Positions 45,964 to 56,425 of a DNA stretch of 64,000 nt are shown here, in pieces. Positions within the stretch are counted from its first letter, which is position 1; the number at the start of each line of letters is the position of its first letter. The stretch is from Histomonas meleagridis 2922-C6/04-290x (lineage: Eukaryota > Protista > Parabasalia). The translations under genes and the position numbers were made by a program. The stretch is taken from positions 124,001 through 188,000 of the forward strand of contig JAANOX010000242.1 of NCBI GenBank assembly GCA_020184695.1. Reading direction: 5' to 3'. The notes under the pieces were generated by a model. The model was not told where the DNA came from, made no database searches, and was given only the letters and a program-made list of their open reading frames with translations.

Positions 45964-46635
45964 TAAAATTTGGTTTTGTGTCTAAATTTTTGTTAATGAA
46001 AAACTTTTGATGAATATAATTTGGGAAGGAAAAATATTTATATTAATGAAATTAAAATTAATTAAATTTTGTTTATTAATTTTATATTTTGCAAATCATT
46101 TTCAATTATATTAATGATTTTTATGTATCAGCGGAATTGCGATTACCATAATGGATTATGGTTTCAAAGAATAATGGTTGACAAATTCAGGATACAGAGC
46201 TAATTTCCTATTAGAGCAGGTGCATCACAAAAAAGGTTTAAACGATAATATGTATAGCTTTAATTAGAAAAAAAAATAACCAAATAATGATATTAAAACA
46301 ACATTTTGCAAATAAACTTTTGATTTGTTCATATTATTTAAAATATTTTTTTTAAATTTTGGATTACATATTTCTTAATATACTAATAGCCAATTTCAAT
46401 AACAAAAATAGCTTATTTTCTTTTAATCCATCCTTTTTGGAAAAGATTTCATTTATATTTTTTGATTATTTTTATCATAAAAATCTTCTTCATAAAAATC
46501 AAATGGTTCTTATCTATTTTTCTTCGATCTTAAAATATTTTCTATTTTTGCACCTTTCTGTGATTTATTCTTTTCTTATGGTCATATTGTTCACTATCAC
46601 ATGATTCTTCAAAGTAATGACATTCCTTCTCACTT

Positions 46636-47142
46636 TTAGAAGAATTTTTTGAATGCTTTCTTTTTTTTAATGGGTAAAGTTGGGCCCGATATTTTCTCTG
46701 TTTTAGCTTTTGTTATCTTTTTTGTTCTTGCTTTGATTGATTTGCTAAATGTTTTAAATTCAAGTGTTAATAATCCTACCACGTTTTTGCTTTTATTTAT
46801 TGTTGATTGCTTCAAGTAAAAGTTTTTAATAATTTTTGTTATTTTGTTTAATTTTGATATTGGAAATATTATTGTGTCCACAATCTTATTCTTATGATAG
46901 TCATCAATGAATTGATATATATCAATAAATAATGAATCCAATTCAGGCTCTTTACATTTAAAAAAGAATTCATCATTCCATATTGGATTTTGTGTTTTTT
47001 CTTGAATAGAAGAAGCAAAGCAATTGGTTGGGAATTGACTTCTAAGACATAAAACAACAAATGTATTTGGTAGTTTATCATTTTCTTCATCATAATTTAA
47101 ATATTGTGCTTTGGATACTTTCACATGAATTAACACTGACAT
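46636..47142 (-). CDS. C2-domain protein
   Basis: IHVKVSKAQYL...PNTFVVL...TQNPIWNDEFFF...LFIDIYQF; basic C-terminus. Confidence 0.7.
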   Translation of the reverse strand: MSVLIHVKVSKAQYLNYDEENDKLPNTFVVLCLRSQFPTNCFASSIQEKTQNPIWNDEFFFKCKEPELDSLFIDIYQFIDDYHKNKIVDTIIFPISKLNKITKIIKNFYLKQSTINKSKNVVGLLTLEFKTFSKSIKARTKKITKAKTEKISGPTLPIKKKKAFKKFF

Positions 47143-47400
47143 CAACAACAATAAAATAATTAAAAAAAACTTATTCTAACTTATTTATAAAAAGTAAAAG
47201 CATAATTATAAGTGATTATGAGAAAATTGTTTTTTGTTCCTGTCTTCTAAATTTTTTACAAGAATAAAATATTACTTCTTGTTGTATTCACAAATATAAT
47301 AAAAAACGTACATATAACACCAGACATGTAACAAAACTCAAATGATATAATAGACTCTTGAAAGAAGAAGTGAATTAAAAAAATACGTTAAGAGCTTTTA

Positions 47401-48726
47401 ATGGAACAAGACGAAACATCCGAATTTTCCGAATCAAGTGCACCTTCAAGATTGATATCTTTTCCTCTTTCGGAAACAATGGATGACTCTTTAATTTCAA
47501 CAGAAAATCAAACTGAAATTGATACAAGTGATGATTCTTTCGCTTTACAATCCGAAGATAGTGACACTCTAGAACTCCTCCTTTTAGATCATATTACAGA
47601 TAAATTGCTTCTTTCCAAAATGAACCAAAGATGGAAAGAATCTGTAAATAAAAAAATCAAAAAAAGGGAGACATTTTATTTTTCCTTAACACAACCAAAT
47701 TTTGACGTTGATATACGAGCAGATTCACTCAAACATTTCCACCATTTAGAAAAAATTAATCAAATTTTCAGAATATTTAGGCATGAAATCTCAATTTCCA
47801 GACAAGCCAGAACAGTTAATTTTATTCTCCAAAGACGAAAAATCAGTAAATATTTTTGTTTATGGAAGTCAAGATTAATTACTAAAATTCAAAAACAAAC
47901 GAAACAAAAATCACAAAAACTCCAATCGCTTCACTCTATTCGTCTTCCAGATCTCATCAAAAAACTGCATATTTTAGTTTCGAAACAAGCTGAACTTGAA
48001 ACAATTTTAGAAACCAAAGAAACAGAAGAAACGAATTTAATAGAAATATACAAAACACAAAAACGAGAAAATGAACAACTTCGCAAACTCGTTGCGATTG
48101 AAGAAACAGAAAACAAAAGAATTTCAACTTTAAAGGAAAATATTGTTAAAAATTACGAAGATCAAATTGCAACTTTACGCATTTCATTACGTAAAGAAAT
48201 CGATCCAACGAACGAAATAATTAATGAAAGTCGAGAAAAACTTAAGAACCAACTTAAAATTAAAGAAGTTTCATCAATGTCTATTGATAATAATCAAAAT
48301 ATAATTCATAAGAAAATGAAATTTATTAAAGATAAACTGAACGAAGCGCGTGAAATCGCAATGGAGAAAAGATTAGAATTAATAAGTAATGAAGAAGAAC
48401 AAAACGAATTAACTCAAAATATTTTGGAATTAAAAAATGAGATCAAGAAATTGAATAATTATTGCGAATTAATTACAAAAAATAAAAAATCAAATGATGA
48501 AATATCAGAAAAAAATTTAAAACATTTAAATAATGTATATGCGGAACTAAATAAACAGTTAAAAAACGCAAATAAAAAAATTAAAGAATATGAAGAAGAA
48601 CTAAAAAATCAAGATATAAGAATAGATACAATGAATAGAGAATTAATAATTGTTAAACAAAGAGCAAGAACTGTCTCGGAAGCATTCACAGAGAATCTTT
48701 ATTCGGATTCATCGAATTTTGGTTAA
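47401..48726 (+). CDS. Coiled-coil protein
   Basis: 441-aa ORF with long heptad region. Confidence 0.75.
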   Translation: MEQDETSEFSESSAPSRLISFPLSETMDDSLISTENQTEIDTSDDSFALQSEDSDTLELLLLDHITDKLLLSKMNQRWKESVNKKIKKRETFYFSLTQPNFDVDIRADSLKHFHHLEKINQIFRIFRHEISISRQARTVNFILQRRKISKYFCLWKSRLITKIQKQTKQKSQKLQSLHSIRLPDLIKKLHILVSKQAELETILETKETEETNLIEIYKTQKRENEQLRKLVAIEETENKRISTLKENIVKNYEDQIATLRISLRKEIDPTNEIINESREKLKNQLKIKEVSSMSIDNNQNIIHKKMKFIKDKLNEAREIAMEKRLELISNEEEQNELTQNILELKNEIKKLNNYCELITKNKKSNDEISEKNLKHLNNVYAELNKQLKNANKKIKEYEEELKNQDIRIDTMNRELIIVKQRARTVSEAFTENLYSDSSNFG

Positions 48727-49135
48727 TGTTTTTTTAATTTAAATTATATAAATAAATGTTTTTATTATTTTTAATTTTGACATTTTCACCTAAAACTAAT
48801 TATAGTTCGATTAAAGAAATAACAAATAACTTAACAATATAATATTAAAGTATAAATAATGCGCTATATATTGTTTCTTATGAAATTATTGTTTTTCTCA
48901 TTGATTTATGTAAATATGAAATGCTAATTGGTCTTTAGCACAAATATATTCTAATGGGCTTCAAATCAGATGAAGAATTCATATGGAAAAAGTATTTTAA
49001 CTTATTTAATGCTCTGCATTAAGATCTTCTAAATAATAAAAAAAATTTAATCGAATTTGAAAAACAAAAGTATTAATATGTAAATAGTTTATATAAAACT
49101 TAATCAATTCACATATTATATAAAAGAATATTTAT

Positions 49136-50380
49136 TTATTTGGCAAGTGATCGTATGTTATCATACATACAGATCACAATGAATGCCACTCCAATCACCA
49201 GCAAGCACCAGGCCATTATGAACTTCGGCATGGAGTCCCTCTTGCAAATCCGTATGTAATATATCGCTGGTATTATGTATGACATAACCGGACACGCCAA
49301 ACCTCCGATGAACGAAAAGATGGTATTTACGCTTTGTACGTTGATCGCAATTAGCGCAGCGCAAAGAAGAATTCCGCCTCCTTCGAGAATCCATCGAAAT
49401 GTCGTCATTGGCCGATCTTGGAAAATCATTGCATCAAACGCTTGACGCATGAAAAACAGGAGATTAGGGGATGTAAGAAGTAGGAGGATCGAATAAAGTG
49501 CTTTTATTATGATTGTGAACACTTCACCTTTGGGATAATATGATAAGATGACAGAATCGAGAATGCCATCAAAAAGTGTAAGATACGGAAAGATACCACC
49601 TAGGATGTAAAGGACAGTGGCGGCAAGTGTGGAAAAGAACATAGCAACGGCTTGGCGCTTTGGAGTATTTGATTGCATCTGACCTAAGGTGCCGAAAATA
49701 AAGGGATGGCACGTAAAGGAGGTGCACTGGATGGCAAGTGATGGGATGAAAATGTTATTAAGCGTGAATATCTTTAATTGATGTTGTGGATCAAACGGTT
49801 GTTTGGCAAACATAACAACGTCATGAATAATATAACACACAGCAATGACAAGAGCAGACATAGATACGTATGAAAGTGCTCCAACAGATTTGAGCATTGT
49901 AATTGGAAATGTAATTAAACCAACACTAGCAAACACAAGAAACCAACGGCTGTAACACCATGATGGAACACCTTTGATTTCATCAAGAACAGCTTGAATG
50001 ATTTTACATGAAAATTGTGCATATATAATGTTGACACCAAAAAGTACGATAATTGTGGTTAATTGTGGAATAATATTAAACCTTGGTTTTCCAAATGAAA
50101 CACTCATTAAATTGTAGTAATCACTTACGCCTGACTTTGCGGCTGAATCAATTAAGCAAACAAAAGAAAAATAACTTATTGCTGCAATAAAAATGATAAC
50201 TATTAAATTTGTTCCAACACCACTACGGAAGCAGTATGGAATCCCAAGAAGACCAATTCCTGTAATAATATTGGTCAAAAAAATTATGGCTCGGCCCATA
50301 GCAATTTTCGGTGGTTGTTGAATCGTTGATTCTTCAGATAATAATGGTTTTTCCATACTCTGAAGTTGTTGAGAGTCCAT
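49136..50380 (-). CDS. Transmembrane amino acid transporter (Aa_trans/AAAP family)
   Basis: NIITGIGLLGIPYCFRSG, FTCHP, ~11 TM segments. Confidence 0.92.
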   Translation of the reverse strand: MDSQQLQSMEKPLLSEESTIQQPPKIAMGRAIIFLTNIITGIGLLGIPYCFRSGVGTNLIVIIFIAAISYFSFVCLIDSAAKSGVSDYYNLMSVSFGKPRFNIIPQLTTIIVLFGVNIIYAQFSCKIIQAVLDEIKGVPSWCYSRWFLVFASVGLITFPITMLKSVGALSYVSMSALVIAVCYIIHDVVMFAKQPFDPQHQLKIFTLNNIFIPSLAIQCTSFTCHPFIFGTLGQMQSNTPKRQAVAMFFSTLAATVLYILGGIFPYLTLFDGILDSVILSYYPKGEVFTIIIKALYSILLLLTSPNLLFFMRQAFDAMIFQDRPMTTFRWILEGGGILLCAALIAINVQSVNTIFSFIGGLACPVMSYIIPAIYYIRICKRDSMPKFIMAWCLLVIGVAFIVICMYDNIRSLAK

Positions 50381-50512
50381 TTTTATGTCTGCTTTGTTTG
50401 CGCCGTCGTTTTTACTGAAAAAGTAAATAATTATATAGTTTACATTTACAGCGTAATTGAATGAAAAATAAACTATTAAAATTACTCATCGTCTTGACTA
50501 CCAATAAAACTA

Positions 50513-51796
50513 ATGAAGAAAAATATTCTAGACGATAGTCTAGAATTAAAAAGGGCATTAAGTAGATCTACTCAACATAGCCCTAAAGAAAATATCAACC
50601 CAGAAGAAATTTATCAATCTTTATTAATTCCAATGAATGAAATCCTTAACGGTATAAACATTGAAAACAACATAAATGTTCTAAGTGAAATGTCGACACT
50701 AAGTAGATTTCGTGTTTTAGAACAAAAACTTGATCAAATTGATTATCCAATTGTTCAATTTTTTTCATTTGTACAAAACTTAGATGACACAATTATTCTC
50801 TCGAAGTGTTTGACAATTGTTGCTTTTTTATCATCTACAAAATTTTTCCCTTATCAATTTTTTTTTTTACCTCAAAATGTCACATATCTTATAAATGTTC
50901 TTTCAAACACCAAATTAAAAGCAACTTTTACACAAACTCTCTTAGTTCTAAAATATTTAATTAAGAGATCGATCGATTTTCGAAATCATTTACTCGAAAA
51001 TGGTATACTTGAAATCCTTAGCAAATCACCATATTTAACCAATTGTCCAAGAGCTTCAAGTTTTCTTGAAACAATTGTATTTATGGGTCCACTTCCAGAA
51101 ATTTTTTATCATCAGATAACAAATTTGCTTAGCACACTAATTCACTCAACTCAACCGCAAACTATTAGAAGTGTAATTAACACAACTCATCAAATTATAC
51201 TACAAGGAATTAATGGAATTAATTACAATTTTATATACGAAAATTTGAATACTTTATCCGATAACCGTCAACCGTCGACTGTTCTTTGCTCTTTAGGAGA
51301 GCTTTTGTGCGACATCCCGAATGTTCCAATCACTATAGCACAAAAATATGTTGAGTACATGAAGCAATATAAAGAATTAGTATCACCTACAATGAAATTA
51401 TTTCGAGTTAAATATGATGAATGGTCTGGTCCGTTTGATGATGAGCTCATAGAAATTATGATAAATCTATTCGATGTTGTTGATTACAAGGAACAAGTTG
51501 AAATTTTCAAAACGTTAATATTGTATTTCCCATTTAATATGGTTTATGACATACGAGTTGTAGCTAAACTTCTTGAGTTTCTACCAAATCCGCAGTTCAC
51601 GAAAGAGTGTTTTTACAAGTTAATGACAATACTTAACTTGAATTTGAATAATGAACAAAGAATTGAATTATGCGATTTGATTGATTCAGAAATGTCAGAC
51701 GTAGAAACGATTCTTGAACAATGCTCCGATGCAGATGAAGTTGGCGAAATGTTCTTTCAGATGTATGAAGAATGGAAACAAGTTTCAGTCAACTGA
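50513..51796 (+). CDS. ARM/HEAT-like hypothetical protein
   Basis: 427-aa helical ORF; FRNHLLENGILEIL. Confidence 0.7.
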   Translation: MKKNILDDSLELKRALSRSTQHSPKENINPEEIYQSLLIPMNEILNGINIENNINVLSEMSTLSRFRVLEQKLDQIDYPIVQFFSFVQNLDDTIILSKCLTIVAFLSSTKFFPYQFFFLPQNVTYLINVLSNTKLKATFTQTLLVLKYLIKRSIDFRNHLLENGILEILSKSPYLTNCPRASSFLETIVFMGPLPEIFYHQITNLLSTLIHSTQPQTIRSVINTTHQIILQGINGINYNFIYENLNTLSDNRQPSTVLCSLGELLCDIPNVPITIAQKYVEYMKQYKELVSPTMKLFRVKYDEWSGPFDDELIEIMINLFDVVDYKEQVEIFKTLILYFPFNMVYDIRVVAKLLEFLPNPQFTKECFYKLMTILNLNLNNEQRIELCDLIDSEMSDVETILEQCSDADEVGEMFFQMYEEWKQVSVN

Positions 51797-52320
51797 AATC
51801 AAAAGTGACATACCAACACTAACATATAATTCCGGTGATTTTTCAAACAAAATTATATAATACATTAGATATTTCACATGTGAATAAATTGATTTTTTAC
51901 AAATAATTCAAAAAATTTGTTATTTATTAATTTTCATCAATTTTAATATAAATTTAAATTTATAAATTATTTTATGAATATAACTTTATAACAATGAGTA
52001 TTTTCCAAGATATTTTGTTTCTTATCATAAATATGAAGTATATACTTCTGTATATGTTCATTACGTAATGAAGGGTTGGAAATTAATTAAAAAGATTTTT
52101 TTAAGAAAAAAAAAATTAAATGAAGTTTGCACTTTTATTTATTTGTTGTTTCTTTTTGTTCCTATTTACGAAGAGTTAAACACAAGTGCGACAAAGGAAT
52201 GTTCCTTTATTTTAGTTTTGTTGACTCCATTTTTTGGAGTTATAATTTTTTTTTAGTTAATTTCTTCCCATACATTAATGGGTATGAATTTATAATTTAA
52301 ATAATTTACACAAAAATAAA

Positions 52321-53595
52321 TCAATTTGCATTTAAAACTTCTTCAATCAATTCTACATTAAATTGAACACGTGCTATCGAAAGATTTGTTGATTCCACTA
52401 CTTTGTCTATATCATTTCTCGTCAATTCCTTTCCAAAGTTGACTTTTTTCATATTTTCCAAAATTTTTTCTTTTGGTTTTTCGTTGTCACTTTTCGACTT
52501 TTTTAGTGCCACTTTCACTTCATCAACCGCTTTTTGAATGTTTTTCATTTGGTTTTGATTTCCGAACAAAGCAAAACAATGAATTCTTTTGTCGACGATC
52601 AATAAATATTGCAAAAAGTTAAGCGATGTAACCAAAAGTTCTGTTTTCCCAACAGGATTTCGAGTAACATTAGGATTCATTATTAATGGAAGAAGCGTGT
52701 TTCCGACCATTGGAGACCTAAATAAGCCACTTTTACTTGAGTGGATAATACGTTTTAACTCTTGAATAATAACACATAATGTCGCTTCCGGTGTTTCGGG
52801 ACTTTCAAGGACTAAACGAAGCGTATGAAACTTGTTTTCTTCGTTCATTGAATTTAAGATTTTTAATGCTGTTGACCAAGATGACCTAGCTGCTTCAATA
52901 GTGGATAGATAAGGACCACTAGTAACTATGGAAGTGAATAAGTCACGTGGAGATGTTGGATTTGTAATAAATGATGATAATTTAATTCCATCATTTTGAA
53001 GATGTGGTCGACCTGACTTCATCAAAAGAAGAGACAGACGCTCAAGAGAAAGGAGTGTGAATTTATCGGGGAAATAAAGTGCACAACGAGAAAATGATAA
53101 TTGATATGAATGTGGATACTTGGAAAAAGTAACTGCTACTTCTTTAGTAACTTCTGTGGAACCATTAAGGAAAAGATTGAGAACAATTTCTGCATTTTTT
53201 TGTGGAAACTCTGGAACAAAAAGTGATAAATAAATATAATATGTTGCACTAGGATCTGTTGGTGTTTCTTCTTGAATGAATTCTGGAATTTCCATAAGTT
53301 GTTCAGGAGTGAAACTTGATGTTAATTGAAATATTAATTCTATGAATTCTTGAGAAATTAGAGGCGAACTTGTTTTAAGTTTATCGATGAGAATAATAAT
53401 TAAGCCGGATAATCTCTTAAATAAAGCAAATGGAAATGAATCAAGAAGAGATAACCATTCTGAAAACATAAGATAAATTTCTTTTCCACTTTCCTCCACG
53501 AAATATTTTTTTAATTTTTCCAGTGATTCATCTTGCGGTGTTTTTATTTTTTTTATATTATCCAAAAGTTCATTAATTTCAGTATAATATTCCAT
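52321..53595 (-). CDS. Helical protein, possibly glomulin/ALF4-like
   Basis: 424-aa ORF; C-terminal LLVTSLNFLQYLLIVD resembles the glomulin/ALF4 family; family call tentative. Confidence 0.55.
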   Translation of the reverse strand: MEYYTEINELLDNIKKIKTPQDESLEKLKKYFVEESGKEIYLMFSEWLSLLDSFPFALFKRLSGLIIILIDKLKTSSPLISQEFIELIFQLTSSFTPEQLMEIPEFIQEETPTDPSATYYIYLSLFVPEFPQKNAEIVLNLFLNGSTEVTKEVAVTFSKYPHSYQLSFSRCALYFPDKFTLLSLERLSLLLMKSGRPHLQNDGIKLSSFITNPTSPRDLFTSIVTSGPYLSTIEAARSSWSTALKILNSMNEENKFHTLRLVLESPETPEATLCVIIQELKRIIHSSKSGLFRSPMVGNTLLPLIMNPNVTRNPVGKTELLVTSLNFLQYLLIVDKRIHCFALFGNQNQMKNIQKAVDEVKVALKKSKSDNEKPKEKILENMKKVNFGKELTRNDIDKVVESTNLSIARVQFNVELIEEVLNAN

Positions 53596-53640
53596 ATGAT
53601 AAAAAGTGGCATTAATTGTGCGTTTATTTGGCCAATATCA

Positions 53641-55167
53641 ATGTCTTCAAATCATGCGCAAAAAGCCAAAAGATGGACAAATATTCCACAAAACCCAATA
53701 ATGGCTGAAGGGTTCTCTGTGTTTGATAGCACTAATATATTATCCAAAAAAAAATTCCTTTCAACATTTGAATTCAAATTTTTTTCTTCATCCAAAGATG
53801 ATCAAATGGCCATTTACAATGTCCTTTTCCTCTTTTCTCGTGACCCAAGTCCACTCATTCGTGTTAAAGCATTATCAATACTCAATTCCATAGGAATTCC
53901 AACATCTTTCGTTCTTGAAACTCTCTCAAAACAAGAGAAAAATTTTTCATCGCCAAACTCTATGCACGTTGGCACCATGGAAGTCTGTTTAGAAGATCCA
54001 TATCCCGAAGTTCGTGTCGAGTCAATCAAATTATTAGCGTCCACAATCAAAACGCCCGATGACAAACATTCTCAGCAAGTTATCACAGCTATTACACAAA
54101 TGACAAATGACACATCACCCAAAGTACGCTCAGAAGCTATTCATGCGTTATCGAATGCATGTCGAATTCTAAATCATTTAATCACACTCGAAGATAACCA
54201 ACTTCGCGTTATCCTTCCAATCATTGTGGAATCAGGATCAACTCCTGAGGAAAAGCAGAACGTTCTCGACTGCATCTCACAACTCAAAGCAATAAGCACA
54301 TCACAAACTCAAAAAGTGCTCGACGAACTTAGCAACGCAGCCCGACGGTTTAACCGCGAGCGAGTGAACTTCACCGCTTATGCGTTCGGTGTCAACAACT
54401 TCTATTTCATGCGTATTGTTGCTGACCGATTTTTGAAATCTCGTTCAACAATCACAAATGAAATAGATCTTGTGAAACCAGAGAATTTCGCGAAAATTAT
54501 ATCGATTTTATCTGCTTGTCAACAGTCGCCATTTCCTTTACCAGAGTACTTACAAAAGTACGCATTTTGTTTCACTCCGATTTTAGCGTATTACGAGAAA
54601 ATGAGAAAAGAAAGTTTCCAGCCAAAGATCGAAAACAGATTTGTGGACTTGGACAGGCTAAAGAGGTTAACAGAAAACTCAATACTGAACGTGAGGCAAA
54701 TCGTGAAGGAGGATGAGGCAATGAAAGACGCAGTCGAACTGATGCTATTGAAAAAGTCGCCAAACGGTTTTCTGGTTCAGCAATTCAATGAGAATACGTT
54801 TACGGTGTCAAAATATGTCTGCACGCTGAAAAGCCCCGAGTCAAACACAAAGCTTACGCCTGCACGGCAATTCTTGCAGAACTTTACTATCCCTTTCATT
54901 GGGAAAATATCGCCGTTGCCACCGCCTGATTATAAGTTTGTAATTGTGATCGATGTACCATTACACCAATTAAATCCTCCATATCAACAAATAAGATTGG
55001 AAATACCAATCGATAACAATGGAGAGTTTAATTACCATCCGTCTTTGTCGTTCCCAGTGTTTAATCCGTATTGCATAATTCATATTTATACAAATTTGAT
55101 AACACCGGAAAACGAAGAAATTAACATAAATGAAAAGCCAGTCGAAATGTGGTTTAAAGTGTACTAA
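53641..55167 (+). CDS. INTS4: Integrator complex subunit 4-like HEAT protein
   Basis: CLEDPYPEVRVESIKLL...QMTNDTSPKVRSEAIHAL...ITLEDNQLRVILPI parallels INTS4 GLEDEMYEVR...DMFNDEIEEVRLQSIH...ITLREDQLDTVL; first credible ATG 53641. Confidence 0.65.
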   Translation: MSSNHAQKAKRWTNIPQNPIMAEGFSVFDSTNILSKKKFLSTFEFKFFSSSKDDQMAIYNVLFLFSRDPSPLIRVKALSILNSIGIPTSFVLETLSKQEKNFSSPNSMHVGTMEVCLEDPYPEVRVESIKLLASTIKTPDDKHSQQVITAITQMTNDTSPKVRSEAIHALSNACRILNHLITLEDNQLRVILPIIVESGSTPEEKQNVLDCISQLKAISTSQTQKVLDELSNAARRFNRERVNFTAYAFGVNNFYFMRIVADRFLKSRSTITNEIDLVKPENFAKIISILSACQQSPFPLPEYLQKYAFCFTPILAYYEKMRKESFQPKIENRFVDLDRLKRLTENSILNVRQIVKEDEAMKDAVELMLLKKSPNGFLVQQFNENTFTVSKYVCTLKSPESNTKLTPARQFLQNFTIPFIGKISPLPPPDYKFVIVIDVPLHQLNPPYQQIRLEIPIDNNGEFNYHPSLSFPVFNPYCIIHIYTNLITPENEEININEKPVEMWFKVY

Positions 55168-55318
55168 GAAAATTATCATAATTCGATATATGCATTTGAT
55201 CCATATAAATTCATAACTGTTATGTAAATTATCATTTGAAATATCATTAATTTTCATTTTTTGCTTTCAATGTATTATTTTTTACATTCATTCAAAAGTC
55301 ATTTAAAAAGTTTTCAGA

Positions 55319-56167
55319 ATGAACAACCAAAAGTATCAACTTTCCCCTCCAAATAAACTACGGACTCAAACATCAGAACAAATAATACAAATCGTGAGTA
55401 ACATTGTATCTTCTTCTGATAACAGAGCGAGTACTATTCATTATCTGAAAAATTATAAAAATCGAATTCCAAATCTGCCATCACATCTATGGTATACGCC
55501 GGGAGTGATAAGCAGTTTGTTAGGCGAAATAATTTCTTTTTATCCGAGTGTTTCATCTGGAAATATTGATGAATCGAATACAGAAAAAGCATTAGACATA
55601 TTATCCCTATTTCAGTGTATATCAAAAGACCCGGAAACAAAAATTCCGTTCATTCAAGCAAACATTCCGACGTATCTTCTTCCGTTTTTATATTCAAATA
55701 TCCCAAAGAAGGAAATCGAATATATGAAATTAGCGTCACTCGGAATATTTTCGGATCTTTTACTCGATGATTCACAAGAAATCATCGATTATTACATCCA
55801 AATCGATCTCATTCCAATACTACTCAAAATTCTCAAATACGGAACAGACGTCACACAAATAGTTTCCGCTTTTATCTTAGACAAAATTATCTCAAATGCA
55901 CATGGAATAGAGTCAATTTGCTCAGATATCGAAAAAATCGCTTCAGTGGTTAAAGTCCTCAGCGAAGTCGTTGTTCGGCTATGTAAAAACTTTGTTCCAA
56001 ATCTTTCGAAATATATCGTAAACTCATTCAACGCACTAATTGAGAAAGATAAGGCAAAGCCAATCATCGTCTCAATGTGGAACAATTCCTTCAAAGACAT
56101 TCAAGCGACCGAGGCCTGCAGCGAAGAATTTATAAATATGTTGTACACTCTCAAAAGTGGTTGTTGA
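55319..56167 (+). CDS. CNOT9: CCR4-NOT subunit 9 / RCD1
   Basis: LWYTPGVISSLLGEIISFYP, LFQCISKDPETKIPFIQANIPTYLLPFL, EYMKLASLG. Confidence 0.9.
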   Translation: MNNQKYQLSPPNKLRTQTSEQIIQIVSNIVSSSDNRASTIHYLKNYKNRIPNLPSHLWYTPGVISSLLGEIISFYPSVSSGNIDESNTEKALDILSLFQCISKDPETKIPFIQANIPTYLLPFLYSNIPKKEIEYMKLASLGIFSDLLLDDSQEIIDYYIQIDLIPILLKILKYGTDVTQIVSAFILDKIISNAHGIESICSDIEKIASVVKVLSEVVVRLCKNFVPNLSKYIVNSFNALIEKDKAKPIIVSMWNNSFKDIQATEACSEEFINMLYTLKSGC

Positions 56168-56425
56168 CAATTGCATTTCGCTTCTCATCCTTATTAAGTG
56201 TTTGTTTTGTTTCATATTCATAAAACTTTCAAATTAAAATTCTTTTTGTGAGTGAGATTTTGGCATCAAGCTTTGATGTGCCGAAGAGTTCTCTTCTATT
56301 CAAATTCAAATTATTCCATTTGAGGAGTCATCAGAGATCATTTTGAGGGCTTTTCATTAATTTCTCCACTTTTTCGTTCAAAAAGTGGGCCCATTGAAAT
56401 AACAAAACTGACAAAATTAGATACA

